Shown here: piece after piece, positions 48,170 through 58,076 of the stretch | Position numbering within the stretch: the stretch's first letter is position 1 | How the letters are laid out: every line of letters begins with the position of its first letter | From: Clostridiales bacterium | Lineage (GTDB): Bacteria > Bacillota > Clostridia > HGM11327 | Reading direction: 5' to 3' | DNA length: 64,000 bases | Assembly (NCBI GenBank): GCA_015056385.1 | Contig: SVGI01000002.1 | Coordinates: 1,093-65,092, forward strand | Notes under the pieces: model-generated | The model's input: the letters and a program-made list of their open reading frames with translations, nothing else | The model's database searches: none | Told to the model about the DNA's origin: nothing | Position numbers and translations under genes: made by a program

Positions 48170-48212
48170 ACAACAAAAACCCCGCCGATTTTTATCGGTG
48201 GGGCTTACTTTT
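48170..48212 (-). terminator. Rho-independent terminator after truA (end of the rpoA-rplQ-ecf-truA transcription unit)
   Basis: Stem CCCCGCCGAT / ATCGGTGGGG (one non-Watson-Crick pair), followed on the reverse strand by TTTTTGTTGT. Confidence 0.75.
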
Positions 48213-48226
48213 TTATATACATTATA

Positions 48227-48997
48227 TTATTCTGTGTAATCAACACTCATAAGCGTAAGCCCGTTTGGGGGTGTGGTAAAGCCTGCCTTTGCACGGACAA
48301 CGCCTCTTTCGTCGCTTACATTAAGTAAATCGCTTATACTTTCAATTTCGCGCCTTCCCTGACCTATTTCAATAAGGGTACCTGTTATAATCCTTACCAT
48401 ATTATAAAGAAAGCCGTTGCCGGTAACGTAATAATGAAGAGCATTCTCGCATCCCTCAATATTTGTTCTTTCCACATAGGAGGAATATATTGTCCTCACC
48501 GTGCTTGAAACAGGGCTGCCTGATGCCATAAAGGCGTTAAAGTCGTGAGTACCCTCAAAAAGCCTTGCCGCCTCACCCATTTTTGTAATATCCAAGGGAT
48601 AATAGCTGTGCCAGGAAAACCTTGAATAAAGAGCGGGCGCATTTTTTCCCCAGGTAACAGTGTATCTGTATGTTTTTCTCTTTGCGGAGAACCGGGCGTT
48701 GAAATCAGCCGCAACCTCTGTTGCAGAAATAACTCTTATATCATCAGGGATAATGGAATTTATGGCAATAGGAAGCTTTTCCAGGGGGACAGTGCAATTA
48801 CTTACAAAATTCGCCGCCTGACCAAGGGCGTGTACGCCTGCGTCTGTACGTCCCGAGCCTGTAATTGCAACCTTTTCCTTTGTAATGGCGGATAACGCAT
48901 CCTCAAGCACCTGCTGAACTGCAAGGCCGTTTTTCTGTCTTTGCCAGCCTGCATACTGTGTTCCGTCATACTGGATTTTTATCAATATATTCCGCAT
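48227..48997 (-). CDS. truA: tRNA pseudouridine(38-40) synthase TruA
   Basis: YDGTQYAGWQRQ and the catalytic GSGRTDAGVHA motif. 256 aa. Follows ecfT as in other Firmicutes. Confidence 0.95.
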   Translation of the reverse strand: MRNILIKIQYDGTQYAGWQRQKNGLAVQQVLEDALSAITKEKVAITGSGRTDAGVHALGQAANFVSNCTVPLEKLPIAINSIIPDDIRVISATEVAADFNARFSAKRKTYRYTVTWGKNAPALYSRFSWHSYYPLDITKMGEAARLFEGTHDFNAFMASGSPVSSTVRTIYSSYVERTNIEGCENALHYYVTGNGFLYNMVRIITGTLIEIGQGRREIESISDLLNVSDERGVVRAKAGFTTPPNGLTLMSVDYTE

Positions 48998-49007
48998 ACA
49001 CGGCTCC

Positions 49008-49820
49008 TTAAATGCTTATAGGAATAAGGTTGGCAAGTATCATGCCCGCAAAATATACAGCAGCCAACACAAGCACCAATACGTCTGCCTTTGTGTATTT
49101 AAGCTCCTTCATACGCGTTCTGCCCTCTCCGCCTCTGTAGCATCGTGCCTCCATAGCAAGTGCAAGGTCGTCCGCCCTTCGAAATGAGCTTACAAAAAGC
49201 GGTATGAGCAAGGGAATCATACTCTTCGCCCTCTGAAATACGTTGCCCGTATCAAAGCTTGCGCCTCGGGCTGTCTGCGCCTTCATTATTTTATCCGTTT
49301 CCTCTATAAGGGTGGGGATAAATCGAAGAGCAATAGACATCATCATCGCAATTTCATGGGCGGGAAATTTTATCTTTGCCAAGGGTGAAAGAAGGCTTTC
49401 GATAGCGTCTGTAAGAGATACGGGGGATGTTGTAAGAGTGAGAAGAGATGAGAACATTATAAGCATTATAAGCCTTAAGCTCATATACACTGCCTGAATT
49501 ATACCCTCCTTGGTTATGGTGAAAATCCACCATTCACAAAGCACCGTTCCCGTTTTAGTAAAAAACACGTTTATAATAAAGGTTATTATAAGTATTATCC
49601 ACAGGGGCTTTATACTCTTGAGCATCATTTTTATAGGGATTTTGGAAAATGATATGGCGCCCAACAAAAATGCTATGGCAAGGGCGTAGCCTATTGGTGA
49701 TGATACAAAGAATATCACCACTATATACGCAAAAACCACAAGCAGCTTAATACGGGGATCAAGCTTATGGACAAATGAATCACTCGGATAATATTGGCCG
49801 AATGTTACGTTATTGAACAT
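49008..49820 (-). CDS. ecfT: Energy-coupling factor transporter transmembrane subunit EcfT
   Basis: 270-aa polytopic protein with the conserved ARG...F and SFRRADDLALAMEARCY coupling helices. Follows two EcfA genes. Confidence 0.9.
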   Translation of the reverse strand: MFNNVTFGQYYPSDSFVHKLDPRIKLLVVFAYIVVIFFVSSPIGYALAIAFLLGAISFSKIPIKMMLKSIKPLWIILIITFIINVFFTKTGTVLCEWWIFTITKEGIIQAVYMSLRLIMLIMFSSLLTLTTSPVSLTDAIESLLSPLAKIKFPAHEIAMMMSIALRFIPTLIEETDKIMKAQTARGASFDTGNVFQRAKSMIPLLIPLFVSSFRRADDLALAMEARCYRGGEGRTRMKELKYTKADVLVLVLAAVYFAGMILANLIPISI

Positions 49821-50682
49821 CTTGCTTTTTTCTCCTTACTGCCTGAATAACTGCGTTTTTCATATCTTCAATTTCAAAAATGCCGTCGGGAATACTAAAT
49901 CCGCCCTTTTTATTAAGGTTATGGGCAAATGACGTAAGCTGGGGCAGGTCAAGATGCAGGTCCTCAAGATGCTTTTCATCTGCAAAAAGCTCCTTGGGGG
50001 TTGTAGCGCACACAAGCCTTCCCTTATCCATTACGGCAATTCTGTCTGCAAAGCGGGCAATATCATCCATATTATGGGAAACAAGTATCACGGTTGCGCC
50101 GCGCTTTTCCTTAATCTGCTGTATTTCCCGGTAAATAAGCTCCCTTCCGCCAGGGTCGAGGCCTGCGGTAGGCTCATCAAATATGATAACCTCCGGCTTC
50201 ATTGCAAGCACGCCGGCTATGGCAACTCTGCGGCGCTGTCCGCCGGAAAGCTCGAAGGGGGACATATTTCTCACCTTATCAAAGTCAAGACCTACGTCCT
50301 CTATGGATTCCTTTACGTTATGCTCTATTTCATCGCGGCTTAAGCCCTGATTTTTAGGGCCGAATGCCACGTCCTTTTCTACTGTGTCCTCAAAGAGCTG
50401 ATATTCGGGATATTGAAACACCATACCGACAAGGCGCCTTATTTCCTTAAGCTCCTTCTTTTCCGTGCTGATTTCATATCCGTTTACTTTTACAGAGCCC
50501 CCCGTAGGCAAAAGAAGGCCGTTGAGATGCTGAATAAGTGTAGATTTTCCGGAGCCTGTATGGCCTATGATACCGAAAAATTCACCGTCCCTTACGTCAA
50601 AGGAAACATCATCCACTGCCCGGATCTCAAAGGGGCTACCCGGCATATACACGTGTGATAGATTTTTTATTTCAACTGACAT
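49810..50682 (-). CDS. ecfA2: ECF transporter ATPase EcfA2
   Basis: Walker A GHTGSGKST, signature LSGGQRRRV, Walker B IIFDEPTAGLD. Second of the tandem ATPases. Confidence 0.9.
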   Translation of the reverse strand: MSVEIKNLSHVYMPGSPFEIRAVDDVSFDVRDGEFFGIIGHTGSGKSTLIQHLNGLLLPTGGSVKVNGYEISTEKKELKEIRRLVGMVFQYPEYQLFEDTVEKDVAFGPKNQGLSRDEIEHNVKESIEDVGLDFDKVRNMSPFELSGGQRRRVAIAGVLAMKPEVIIFDEPTAGLDPGGRELIYREIQQIKEKRGATVILVSHNMDDIARFADRIAVMDKGRLVCATTPKELFADEKHLEDLHLDLPQLTSFAHNLNKKGGFSIPDGIFEIEDMKNAVIQAVRRKKQDVQ

Positions 50683-51545
50683 ATTGCTTCAACCAATTCC
50701 TCCTCAGTAAGTATTGCCTGAGGAATATCAAGGCCCTCGTCTATAAGACCCTGTGCAAGCTTTGTAATTACGGGAACTGTAAGGCCTATTGCCTCAAGCT
50801 CAGCCACCCTGGCAAATATTTCCCTGGGGGTCCCCTTCATAATAAGCTCTGAATTACTCATTACAATTATTTTATCGGCATCTATAGCCTCCTCCATATA
50901 ATGAGTAATGTGAATTACAGTTATCCCATATTCCTTATTGAGCATATGAGCCGTTTTCATTATTTCCCTGCGGCCCTCAGGGTCCAGCATTGCGGTAACC
51001 TCATCAAAAACAATGATTTTGGGGCGCATTGCCAATACTCCGGCAATAGAAACCCTCTGCTTCTGCCCGCCGGAAAGATAGTGAGGCGCATATTTTGCAT
51101 ATTCGGACATCCCTACGGCCAAAAGAGCAGAATTTACACGTTCTATCATTTCCTCTCTTTCAACGCCCAGGTTTTCCAATCCGAAGGCAACGTCCTCCTC
51201 GACCACGCTTGCAACCAGCTGATTATCCGGGTTTTGGAATACCATACCCACGGATTTCCTTATCTCCCACTGGAGCTTTTCTTCCTTTGTATCAAACCCG
51301 TCTACGATAATAACACCCTCCGTAGGGGTAAGAAGAGCGTTAAAATGCTTGGCTAAGGTGGACTTCCCGGAGCCGTTCTGACCGATTATTACGTTAAAGC
51401 TACCTTCCTCTATCTCAAATGAGATATTTTTGATAGCAACGGTTCCATCTTCCTCGTACCTTGTATATTCATATGAAACGTCTGCTGCCTTGATAATTTT
51501 TTTATCATCAGCATTACATACGTTATTCATTTTATTTTCACTCAT
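50667..51545 (-). CDS. ecfA1: ECF transporter ATPase EcfA1
   Basis: Walker A GQNGSGKST, signature LSGGQKQRV, Walker B IVFDEVTAMLD. First ATPase after rplQ. Confidence 0.9.
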   Translation of the reverse strand: MSENKMNNVCNADDKKIIKAADVSYEYTRYEEDGTVAIKNISFEIEEGSFNVIIGQNGSGKSTLAKHFNALLTPTEGVIIVDGFDTKEEKLQWEIRKSVGMVFQNPDNQLVASVVEEDVAFGLENLGVEREEMIERVNSALLAVGMSEYAKYAPHYLSGGQKQRVSIAGVLAMRPKIIVFDEVTAMLDPEGRREIMKTAHMLNKEYGITVIHITHYMEEAIDADKIIVMSNSELIMKGTPREIFARVAELEAIGLTVPVITKLAQGLIDEGLDIPQAILTEEELVEAICQLK

Positions 51546-51554
51546 ATTAAATTA

Positions 51555-51590
51555 CCAAAAAGGCTGCACGTTAATCGCGCAGCCTTTTTT
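51555..51590 (-). terminator. Terminator/attenuator hairpin between rplQ and ecfA1
   Basis: Stem GGCTGCACG / CGCGCAGCC (one mismatch), followed on the reverse strand by TTTTTGG. Confidence 0.6.
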
Positions 51591-51597
51591 ATAGCTC

Positions 51598-52116
51598 TTA
51601 AATAAGCTCTATGATAACCTCTTCAGCACCGTCGCCCTTGCGAGGTCCCATTTTGATTATTCTTGTATATCCGCCGGCACAATTCTTTTCTTCGTTACGT
51701 GCGCGATACTTAGGACCATATTCCCTGAACATTTTTTCTACGAGGGGATGGTTGATATCTCTTGTGCGGTCAGCGTATTCGCTCTTGGATTCGCCGTCCT
51801 TCTTCTCTTCCTTCTTATCATAAACAACAGCCATGATCTTTCTGCGAGCATTGAGCTTTTCGGGAAGATCGTTAACAAATTCCATTGTAACTCTTTCTGC
51901 CTTACCGTCAGTTTTCTTTACAACTTCCTTTGTAACAGTTTCTGTTTTGTCATATGTTTTGATCGCAAGTGTGAGAAGCTGTTCAGCAATGCTTCTTACT
52001 TCTTTTGCTTTAGCTTCTGTTGTTGTTATCTTGCCATACCAAAGAAGATCAGTCACAAGGCCTCTGAGCAAAGCTTTACGCTGTGCACTTGTTCTGCCTA
52101 ATTTCCTGTTAATCAC
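51598..52116 (-). CDS. rplQ: 50S ribosomal protein L17 (bL17), long form with an internal Lys/Glu-rich insertion
   Basis: N-terminal RKLGRTSAQRKALLRGL and C-terminal GGYTRIIKMGPRKGDGAEEVIIELI. 172 aa, against about 120 in B. subtilis. Confidence 0.95.
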   Translation of the reverse strand: MINRKLGRTSAQRKALLRGLVTDLLWYGKITTTEAKAKEVRSIAEQLLTLAIKTYDKTETVTKEVVKKTDGKAERVTMEFVNDLPEKLNARRKIMAVVYDKKEEKKDGESKSEYADRTRDINHPLVEKMFREYGPKYRARNEEKNCAGGYTRIIKMGPRKGDGAEEVIIELI

Positions 52117-52146
52117 GTTTATTTCCTCCTACAATTACCTGTATCC

Positions 52147-53088
52147 TTATTCATCAGAAGGCTTCAAAGCCATACCCAAAGAGCGGAGCTTAAGCTCAAC
52201 CTCTTCAAGTGATTTCTTACCCAAATTACGAACCTTGATCATATCCTCCTCGGATTTCTGAACAAGCTCGCCAATAGTGTTGATACCTGCACGCTTGAGG
52301 CAGTTGTAAGAACGAACTGAAAGCTCGAGATCCTCGATAGGAGTATCGTATTTTCTCATGCTTCCGTCATCAATTCTTACGTTATTGCTTTCTGTATTGT
52401 CAGATACAACGCTTATATTTGTGAAGAGACTGAAATAATCACAAAGAATTTGTGCTGATATTCCTGTTGCCTCTTCGGGCTCGATGGCTCCGTTTGTCCA
52501 CACTTCGAAAGTAAGCTTGTCAAAGTCTGTTCTGTTTCCAACACGAAGATCTTCAACCTTGAAGTTAACTTTCTTGATAGGTGAATAAACTGCATCAATA
52601 GGAATAAGGCCAATAGTGTCTTCTGTCTTCTTTGCAGCAACCTCAAAGCCTCTGCCTCTGTCTATGGTAAGCTCCATGTAGAGTTCAGCATCTTCATTAA
52701 GTGTAGCAATGTGATGATCGGGGTTGAGAATCTCAACGTCCATATCAGTCTGAATGTCAGCACCGGTAAGCTCGCAAGGTCCCTTAACATTGATCTTCAG
52801 TGTTCTCGGAACATCACCGTCTGTCTTAATTGCCAATTCCTTTATATTAAGTATGATATCAACAACGTCCTCTTTTACGCCGGGAATTGTTGAAAACTCA
52901 TGCAAAACTCCATCAATCTTTATAGCCTTTACTGCTACGCCGGGAACATACCAAAGCATAACACGACGCAATGCGTTACCCAATGTGAGACCAAAGCCTC
53001 TTTCAAGGGGTTCAACCGTAAATCTAAGATAATTAGTAGCTGTATCAACCTCTACTATTTCAATCTTGGGCTTTTGCAATTCGGTCAT
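52147..53088 (-). CDS. rpoA: DNA-directed RNA polymerase subunit alpha
   Basis: N-terminal domain (GFGLTLGNALRRVML) and a C-terminal HhH domain (LELSVRSYNCLKRAGI). I prefer the ATG at 53088 over the track's upstream start. Confidence 0.95.
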   Translation of the reverse strand: MTELQKPKIEIVEVDTATNYLRFTVEPLERGFGLTLGNALRRVMLWYVPGVAVKAIKIDGVLHEFSTIPGVKEDVVDIILNIKELAIKTDGDVPRTLKINVKGPCELTGADIQTDMDVEILNPDHHIATLNEDAELYMELTIDRGRGFEVAAKKTEDTIGLIPIDAVYSPIKKVNFKVEDLRVGNRTDFDKLTFEVWTNGAIEPEEATGISAQILCDYFSLFTNISVVSDNTESNNVRIDDGSMRKYDTPIEDLELSVRSYNCLKRAGINTIGELVQKSEEDMIKVRNLGKKSLEEVELKLRSLGMALKPSDE

Positions 53089-53163
53089 ATAATTAACCCA
53101 TTCCTTTCTGCCGTAATTACTTTCAAAATGTGAAAGCACATTCTGCTGACTGTTCCGATTTTA

Positions 53164-53790
53164 TTACTTAGAATACCACTCAACGATGAGATGCTCTTCA
53201 ATAGTAATATCAATATCATCTTTGCAGGGCAATGTCTTTACAGTAGCTGTGAGCTTATCGTTCTCAACTACGAGCCATGCGGGAACTGTCTTCTTAACGC
53301 CTTCCTTAACGTCCTTGAACAAAGCAATGCCGTTGCTTGTTTCCTTAACGGAAATAACGTCGCCAGTGGATACGAGGTAAGACGGAATGTCAACCTTGTG
53401 GCCGTTTACGAGGAAATGACCGTGGTTAACCAGCTGTCTTGCCTGAGCACGTGAAGCTGCAAAGCCCATTCTGTAAACTGTATTATCAAGACGTCTTTCG
53501 AGTAATGAGAGGAAATTCTCACCAACAACACCGTCCATTTTTTCAGCCATTGCGAAATATTTTCTGAACTGACCTTCGAGAACGCCGTACATCCTTCTCA
53601 TCTTCTGTTTTTCTCTCAACTGAAGACCGTAGTTGGATGATTTTCTTCTATTAGCTTTTCCGTGCTGTCCGGGAGGAGCCGGGCGCTTATCAAAAGAACA
53701 ATTCTTTGAATAGCAGCGGTCACCTTTAAGATAAAGCTTCTGACCTTCTCTTCTGCATATTCTGCACTGTGATTCTGTATATCTTGCCAT
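53164..53790 (-). CDS. rpsD: 30S ribosomal protein S4
   Basis: [16 protein letters not shown]... with the zinc-finger-type N-terminus and an S4 RNA-binding domain. Confidence 0.95.
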   Translation of the reverse strand: MARYTESQCRICRREGQKLYLKGDRCYSKNCSFDKRPAPPGQHGKANRRKSSNYGLQLREKQKMRRMYGVLEGQFRKYFAMAEKMDGVVGENFLSLLERRLDNTVYRMGFAASRAQARQLVNHGHFLVNGHKVDIPSYLVSTGDVISVKETSNGIALFKDVKEGVKKTVPAWLVVENDKLTATVKTLPCKDDIDITIEEHLIVEWYSK

Positions 53791-53878
53791 TTTAAACTAT
53801 CCTTTCACGAGTTCGCAGATAATAATCCACGAAATCTTCCATGCCTGACTAAACAAGCAATGGATTTAACCCTTTTCC

Positions 53879-54271
53879 TTATACTCTTCTACGCTTAGGC
53901 GGACGGCAACCATTGTGAGGAATAGGAGTAACATCTTTGATAAGAGTAACTTCAAGTCCTGTTGCCTGCAATGCTCTGATAGCAGCTTCTCTGCCTGAGC
54001 CGGGTCCCTTAACGAAAACCTCAACAGTCTTCATGCCGTGTTCCATAGCTGCACGAGCTGCTGTTTCAGAAGCCATCTGTGCTGCGAAGGGAGTGCTCTT
54101 CTTGGAGCCCTTGAATCCGAGGCCGCCAGCACTTGCCCAAGACACTGCATTACCTGCTGTATCGGTGATAGTAACTATTGTATTATTGAAAGTTGATGAG
54201 ATGTGAGCTGCGCCCTTTTCAACCATCTTCTTTTCAATACGTTTTCTTGATTTTTTTACAACCTTTGCCAT
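53879..54271 (-). CDS. rpsK: 30S ribosomal protein S11
   Basis: Typical S11 sequence, ending in [18 protein letters not shown]. Confidence 0.95.
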   Translation of the reverse strand: MAKVVKKSRKRIEKKMVEKGAAHISSTFNNTIVTITDTAGNAVSWASAGGLGFKGSKKSTPFAAQMASETAARAAMEHGMKTVEVFVKGPGSGREAAIRALQATGLEVTLIKDVTPIPHNGCRPPKRRRV

Positions 54272-54288
54272 ATCAGCTATACCTCACA

Positions 54289-54660
54289 TCACTTCGTCTT
54301 TTTACGTACACGAGTAGACTTGGGACCCTTACGTGTCCTTGCGTTCTGCTTTGTGTTCTGACCCCTTACAGGAAGTCCTCTGCGATGTCTGACGCCTCTG
54401 TAGCATCCAACCTCTGTAAGTCTTTTTATGTTCATTGAGACTTCACGGCGAAGATCACCTTCAACCTGCAGATTCTTTTCAATATAGTTCCTAAGCAAGG
54501 CGACTTCATCTTCTGTCAGATCTTTGACTCTTGTATCAGGATTGATACCTGTTTCAGACAAGATAATACCGGATGTAGCTTTGCCTATCCCATAGATGTA
54601 TGTTAACCCAATTTCAACCCTTTTCTCTTTGGGAAGGTCAACACCAGAAATACGAGCCAT
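54289..54660 (-). CDS. rpsM: 30S ribosomal protein S13
   Basis: [26 protein letters not shown].... Confidence 0.95.
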   Translation of the reverse strand: MARISGVDLPKEKRVEIGLTYIYGIGKATSGIILSETGINPDTRVKDLTEDEVALLRNYIEKNLQVEGDLRREVSMNIKRLTEVGCYRGVRHRRGLPVRGQNTKQNARTRKGPKSTRVRKKTK

Positions 54661-54707
54661 TTCTTATTACCTCCAAAATTATATCACTGTAACTTGTGAC
54701 GTAAACA

Positions 54708-54824
54708 TTAGCCTTGTTTTTGCTTATGCTTAGGATACTCAGGACAGATGACCATTACCTTACCATTGCGTCTGATTACCTTACATTTGTCACACATTTT
54801 CTTAACTGACGGTCTAACCTTCAT
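54708..54824 (-). CDS. rpmJ: 50S ribosomal protein L36 (zinc-ribbon form)
   Basis: Absent from the ORF track because it is only 38 aa. My translation is [47 protein letters not shown]. In the canonical position between infA and rpsM. Confidence 0.9.
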   Translation of the reverse strand: MKVRPSVKKMCDKCKVIRRNGKVMVICPEYPKHKQKQG

Positions 54825-54837
54825 ATCAGTTTCCTCC

Positions 54838-55056
54838 TCATCTGCCGCGACGTGTTATACGTCCGCGTGTCAAATCGTATAATGATAATTCAACTGTCAC
54901 TTTGTCTCCCGGGATAATTTTAATGAAATGATTTCTCATTTTTCCCGACACATACGCCATGACCTTATGTCCGTTTTCCAGCTCTACCTGGAATGCAAAG
55001 TTTGGCAAGGACTCAATAACTACACCTTCAAACTCTACAACATCGTTTTTATCCAA
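54838..55056 (-). CDS. infA: Translation initiation factor IF-1
   Basis: S1-like domain [37 protein letters not shown] prefer the TTG at 55056 (AAAGGAG RBS), which gives about 72 aa, over the longer track ORF. Confidence 0.9.
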   Translation of the reverse strand: MDKNDVVEFEGVVIESLPNFAFQVELENGHKVMAYVSGKMRNHFIKIIPGDKVTVELSLYDLTRGRITRRGR

Positions 55057-55061
55057 ACTAT

Positions 55062-55367
55062 TCACTCCTTTCTTGCTTTCGTTGAAGCCTCGCATCTGTA
55101 CGCTGAAAGAATTTTCCTTACCTTTGAATCGGTAAGCTCAAGCTCTGAAGCGCCCCGAGCAGCAGCCGTTGTACCTGAGACAACCTCTAAATGCTTGAAT
55201 TTTTTCTTTTTAGCTACAGCTATACGTTTTCTTCTTCCGTCCGCAATTAATGCGTATTCGCTGTTCGTCACTGCAAGGACAACAAATAATCGTCCTGCTT
55301 CTTTGCCTCTCGTTACCCTGACAATAAAACCGGGAGAAACAAGAGATATATCGCTTATATCAGGCAT
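55062..55367 (-). CDS. KOW-domain small RNA-binding protein
   Basis: [21 protein letters not shown] is a KOW-type motif. A gene in this map-infA position is common in Clostridia. The start is ambiguous (55367 preferred on RBS spacing). Confidence 0.65.
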   Translation of the reverse strand: MPDISDISLVSPGFIVRVTRGKEAGRLFVVLAVTNSEYALIADGRRKRIAVAKKKKFKHLEVVSGTTAAARGASELELTDSKVRKILSAYRCEASTKARKE

Positions 55368-56127
55368 TTTCGCCATCCTCAAGCGTTAAAATTTCAGGCG
55401 CACCTTCAGTTATTACTATTGTATTCTCATAATGAGCACACAATCTGCCGTCGGCTGTAACAACTGTCCATCCATCATCAAGCACCTCCACATCCTCATC
55501 TCCCGCGTTGACCATAGGCTCTATTGCCAATGTCATACCACGCCTGAGGCGAATACCGGTATTAGGACGGCCGAAATTCGGAATATCCGGCTCCTCGTGA
55601 AGGTTTGCTCCGACACCATGACCGACGTAGTCTCTCACGATGCCGCAGCCATTTGACTCGATATGAACGCCGATTGCATTTGAAATGTCATGCAATCTGT
55701 TTTTTTCAGTAGCAAATTTTATGCCCTCGAAAAATGCGTCCCGTGCGACTCTGATTACTTTTTTAGCCTCTTCAGAAACTTCACCAATGCACATTGTTCG
55801 TGCTGCATCAGTGTTATATCCCATATAATTCACGCCAACATCAACGCTTACTATATCGCCGTCTTTCAATACTCGACCTGAAGGAATACCGTGGAGGAGC
55901 TCCTCGTTTACCGATATACATATCGAGCCGGGAAATCCGCTATATCCCTTAAACGTAGGTGTACCGCCGTTTTCAAGAATGAACTTCTCTGCAATCTTAT
56001 CGAGCTCTTCGGTGGTGATACCCTCGCGGAGATTTTCGCGAATAATCTTGAAAACTCCTGCGAGAATCTTACCGGACTGACGCATATATGAGATTTCTCT
56101 CACGTTTTTTATTGTCAGCATTTTCAT
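55360..56127 (-). CDS. map: Type I methionine aminopeptidase
   Basis: Metal ligands in the contexts DIVSVDVG, NTDAARTM, VGHGVG, LAIEPM and YENTIVIT. I prefer the ATG at 56127 (AGAGG RBS). Confidence 0.92.
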   Translation of the reverse strand: MKMLTIKNVREISYMRQSGKILAGVFKIIRENLREGITTEELDKIAEKFILENGGTPTFKGYSGFPGSICISVNEELLHGIPSGRVLKDGDIVSVDVGVNYMGYNTDAARTMCIGEVSEEAKKVIRVARDAFFEGIKFATEKNRLHDISNAIGVHIESNGCGIVRDYVGHGVGANLHEEPDIPNFGRPNTGIRLRRGMTLAIEPMVNAGDEDVEVLDDGWTVVTADGRLCAHYENTIVITEGAPEILTLEDGENA

Positions 56128-56152
56128 AATGAGTGCCTCTGAATGATTTATA

Positions 56153-57421
56153 TTATTTAAGGAATCCCTTATAATTTCGCATGAGTATCTGAGATTCAAG
56201 CTGATTTGTAGTTTCAAGAGCTACACTAACAAGAATCATAACAGAACTGCCGCCGATAGCCATATTGGAGATCTGGGGGAATATAATTCCTACGATGATA
56301 GGCAATATAGCGACTGCTGCGAGGTAAAGCGCACCGACCAATGTGATTCTGGAAAGAATCTTCATAAGGTAATCGGATGTGGGCTTACCGGGACGAATAC
56401 CTGTAACGAATCCGCCGTTTTCCTTAAGATTCTTTGATACTTCAATAGGATTAAAGGAAACCTGTGAGTAGAAGTATGAGAAGAATACGATAAGAAGTGC
56501 GTATACTACAAGGTAAATTACAGACGTTTGAGACAGCCACTTTGCTACGAATGTTGCAAATCCTGATTCGGGACTTACCCAACCGGCAATCATCTGAGGA
56601 AGAGATGCAACGGAAACCGCAAAGATAATAGGAAGAACACCGGAAGCGTTAACCTTCATGGGTATGTATGTGCTCTGTCCGCCATACATTTTTCTTCCAA
56701 CTACACGCTTTGCATAATTTACCTGGATCTTTCTTTCACCGCCGTCGATGAATACAATAGCTGCAAACATCAAAACGACACCGATAACCAGAAGGGGGAT
56801 TACCCAGAAGGGAATAGTTCCTGCTGACACATTAGCCAGGAGAGTCTGTGCAGTAGGCACAACTCTGGAAACGATACCAACGAAGATGATAACAGACGTA
56901 CCGTTACCGATTCCCTTTTCTGTTGCACGTTCACCAAGCCACATAAGGAGAGTAGAACCTGCTGTAAGAGTTACTACTACGAATATGATGGAGAAAATAC
57001 CGTCATCAATAAGAGCTTCTCTCATAGAAAGCGTGAATCCGACTGCCATAATTAATGCAAGAACAACAGTAAGATAACGCTCGTAAGTAGAAATCTTCTT
57101 TCTGCCTTCCTCACCTTCCTTAGAAAGTCTTTCCAATGCAGGAACAACCATCGTAAGGAGATTGAGGATAATAGACGCATTGATGTAGGGGGTTATACCC
57201 AGAGCAAATACTGCGAATGATTCAAATGCGCCACCGGACATAACGTTAAAGAGTCCGAGGAATGTTGAATTCGAAGTAACTTGATCGGCGATATAGCCAA
57301 CATCGACGCCCGGAACGGGAATTTTGCATCCGATTCTGTAAATCAGAATAGTAAGAAGCGTAAAAAGAATCTTCGTTCTGACTTCCGGAATTTTCCATGC
57401 GTTTTTGAATGTTTCAAACAT
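56153..57421 (-). CDS. secY: Preprotein translocase subunit SecY
   Basis: 422 aa, 10-TM pattern, conserved GITPYINASII and LESQ motifs. Confidence 0.95.
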   Translation of the reverse strand: MFETFKNAWKIPEVRTKILFTLLTILIYRIGCKIPVPGVDVGYIADQVTSNSTFLGLFNVMSGGAFESFAVFALGITPYINASIILNLLTMVVPALERLSKEGEEGRKKISTYERYLTVVLALIMAVGFTLSMREALIDDGIFSIIFVVVTLTAGSTLLMWLGERATEKGIGNGTSVIIFVGIVSRVVPTAQTLLANVSAGTIPFWVIPLLVIGVVLMFAAIVFIDGGERKIQVNYAKRVVGRKMYGGQSTYIPMKVNASGVLPIIFAVSVASLPQMIAGWVSPESGFATFVAKWLSQTSVIYLVVYALLIVFFSYFYSQVSFNPIEVSKNLKENGGFVTGIRPGKPTSDYLMKILSRITLVGALYLAAVAILPIIVGIIFPQISNMAIGGSSVMILVSVALETTNQLESQILMRNYKGFLK

Positions 57422-57864
57422 CAGATCACCTCAGTGTCGCCACCCAAAGCTTTAATCTTTTCTATAGCTCCCTGTGAAAAAGAACTTGCCTGAACAGAAA
57501 GTTTGCGAGTAAGCTCGCCTCTGCCAAGAATCTTGATACCATCGTAAATTTTCTTAACGATACCTGTTTCGATCAAGAGCTCAGGTGTAACTTTTGTTCC
57601 ATCTTCAAAAATGTTAAGCTGTTCAACGTTAACTGCTACATACTTTGTAGCAAAAATGTTGTTAAATCCTCTTTTAGGTATACGTCTAACGAGAGGCATC
57701 TGACCGCCCTCGAAACCGATTCTTACGCCGCCGCCGGTTCTGGACTTCTGACCATTTTCACCTCTACCACCGGTTTTACCCTGTCCGGTAGCTGTGCCGC
57801 GACCTCTGCGCTTGGTTTCTTTTACAAGAGCGCCTACAGACGGTTTTAATTCATGCTGCTTCAC
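57421..57864 (-). CDS. rplO: 50S ribosomal protein L15
   Basis: G/R-rich N-terminus [17 protein letters not shown]. Confidence 0.95.
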   Translation of the reverse strand: MKQHELKPSVGALVKETKRRGRGTATGQGKTGGRGENGQKSRTGGGVRIGFEGGQMPLVRRIPKRGFNNIFATKYVAVNVEQLNIFEDGTKVTPELLIETGIVKKIYDGIKILGRGELTRKLSVQASSFSQGAIEKIKALGGDTEVI

Positions 57865-57879
57865 GACTTATACCTCCGA

Positions 57880-58065
57880 TTATTCTGAAATCTCTTCGAC
57901 CTTTACGAGGTGGCTAACAACCTTTACTTTGCCGAGAATGTCGGGAGTTGCTTCAAACACCTTGCTGTCGCGTATTTTCTTAAGACCTAAAGCTTCAACG
58001 TTTGCTTTCTGCTTATCAGTCGATTTGTTTGTACTTTTAATTTTTGTAATTCTGATTTTTGCCAT
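57880..58065 (-). CDS. rpmD: 50S ribosomal protein L30
   Basis: 61 aa, MAKIRITKIKS... EALGLKKI. Confidence 0.9.
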   Translation of the reverse strand: MAKIRITKIKSTNKSTDKQKANVEALGLKKIRDSKVFEATPDILGKVKVVSHLVKVEEISE

Positions 58066-58076
58066 GATGTACCTCC

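Larger units (their letters stand above)
44250..48170. other. Low-GC genomic island (about 3.9 kb)
   Basis: Hand counts of 60-nt lines inside the island give 17/60, 15/60 and 16/60 G+C. Lines in the flanks give 30/60 (43981) and 28/60 (48601). The island lies between the GH28 terminator and the truA terminator. Confidence 0.8.
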
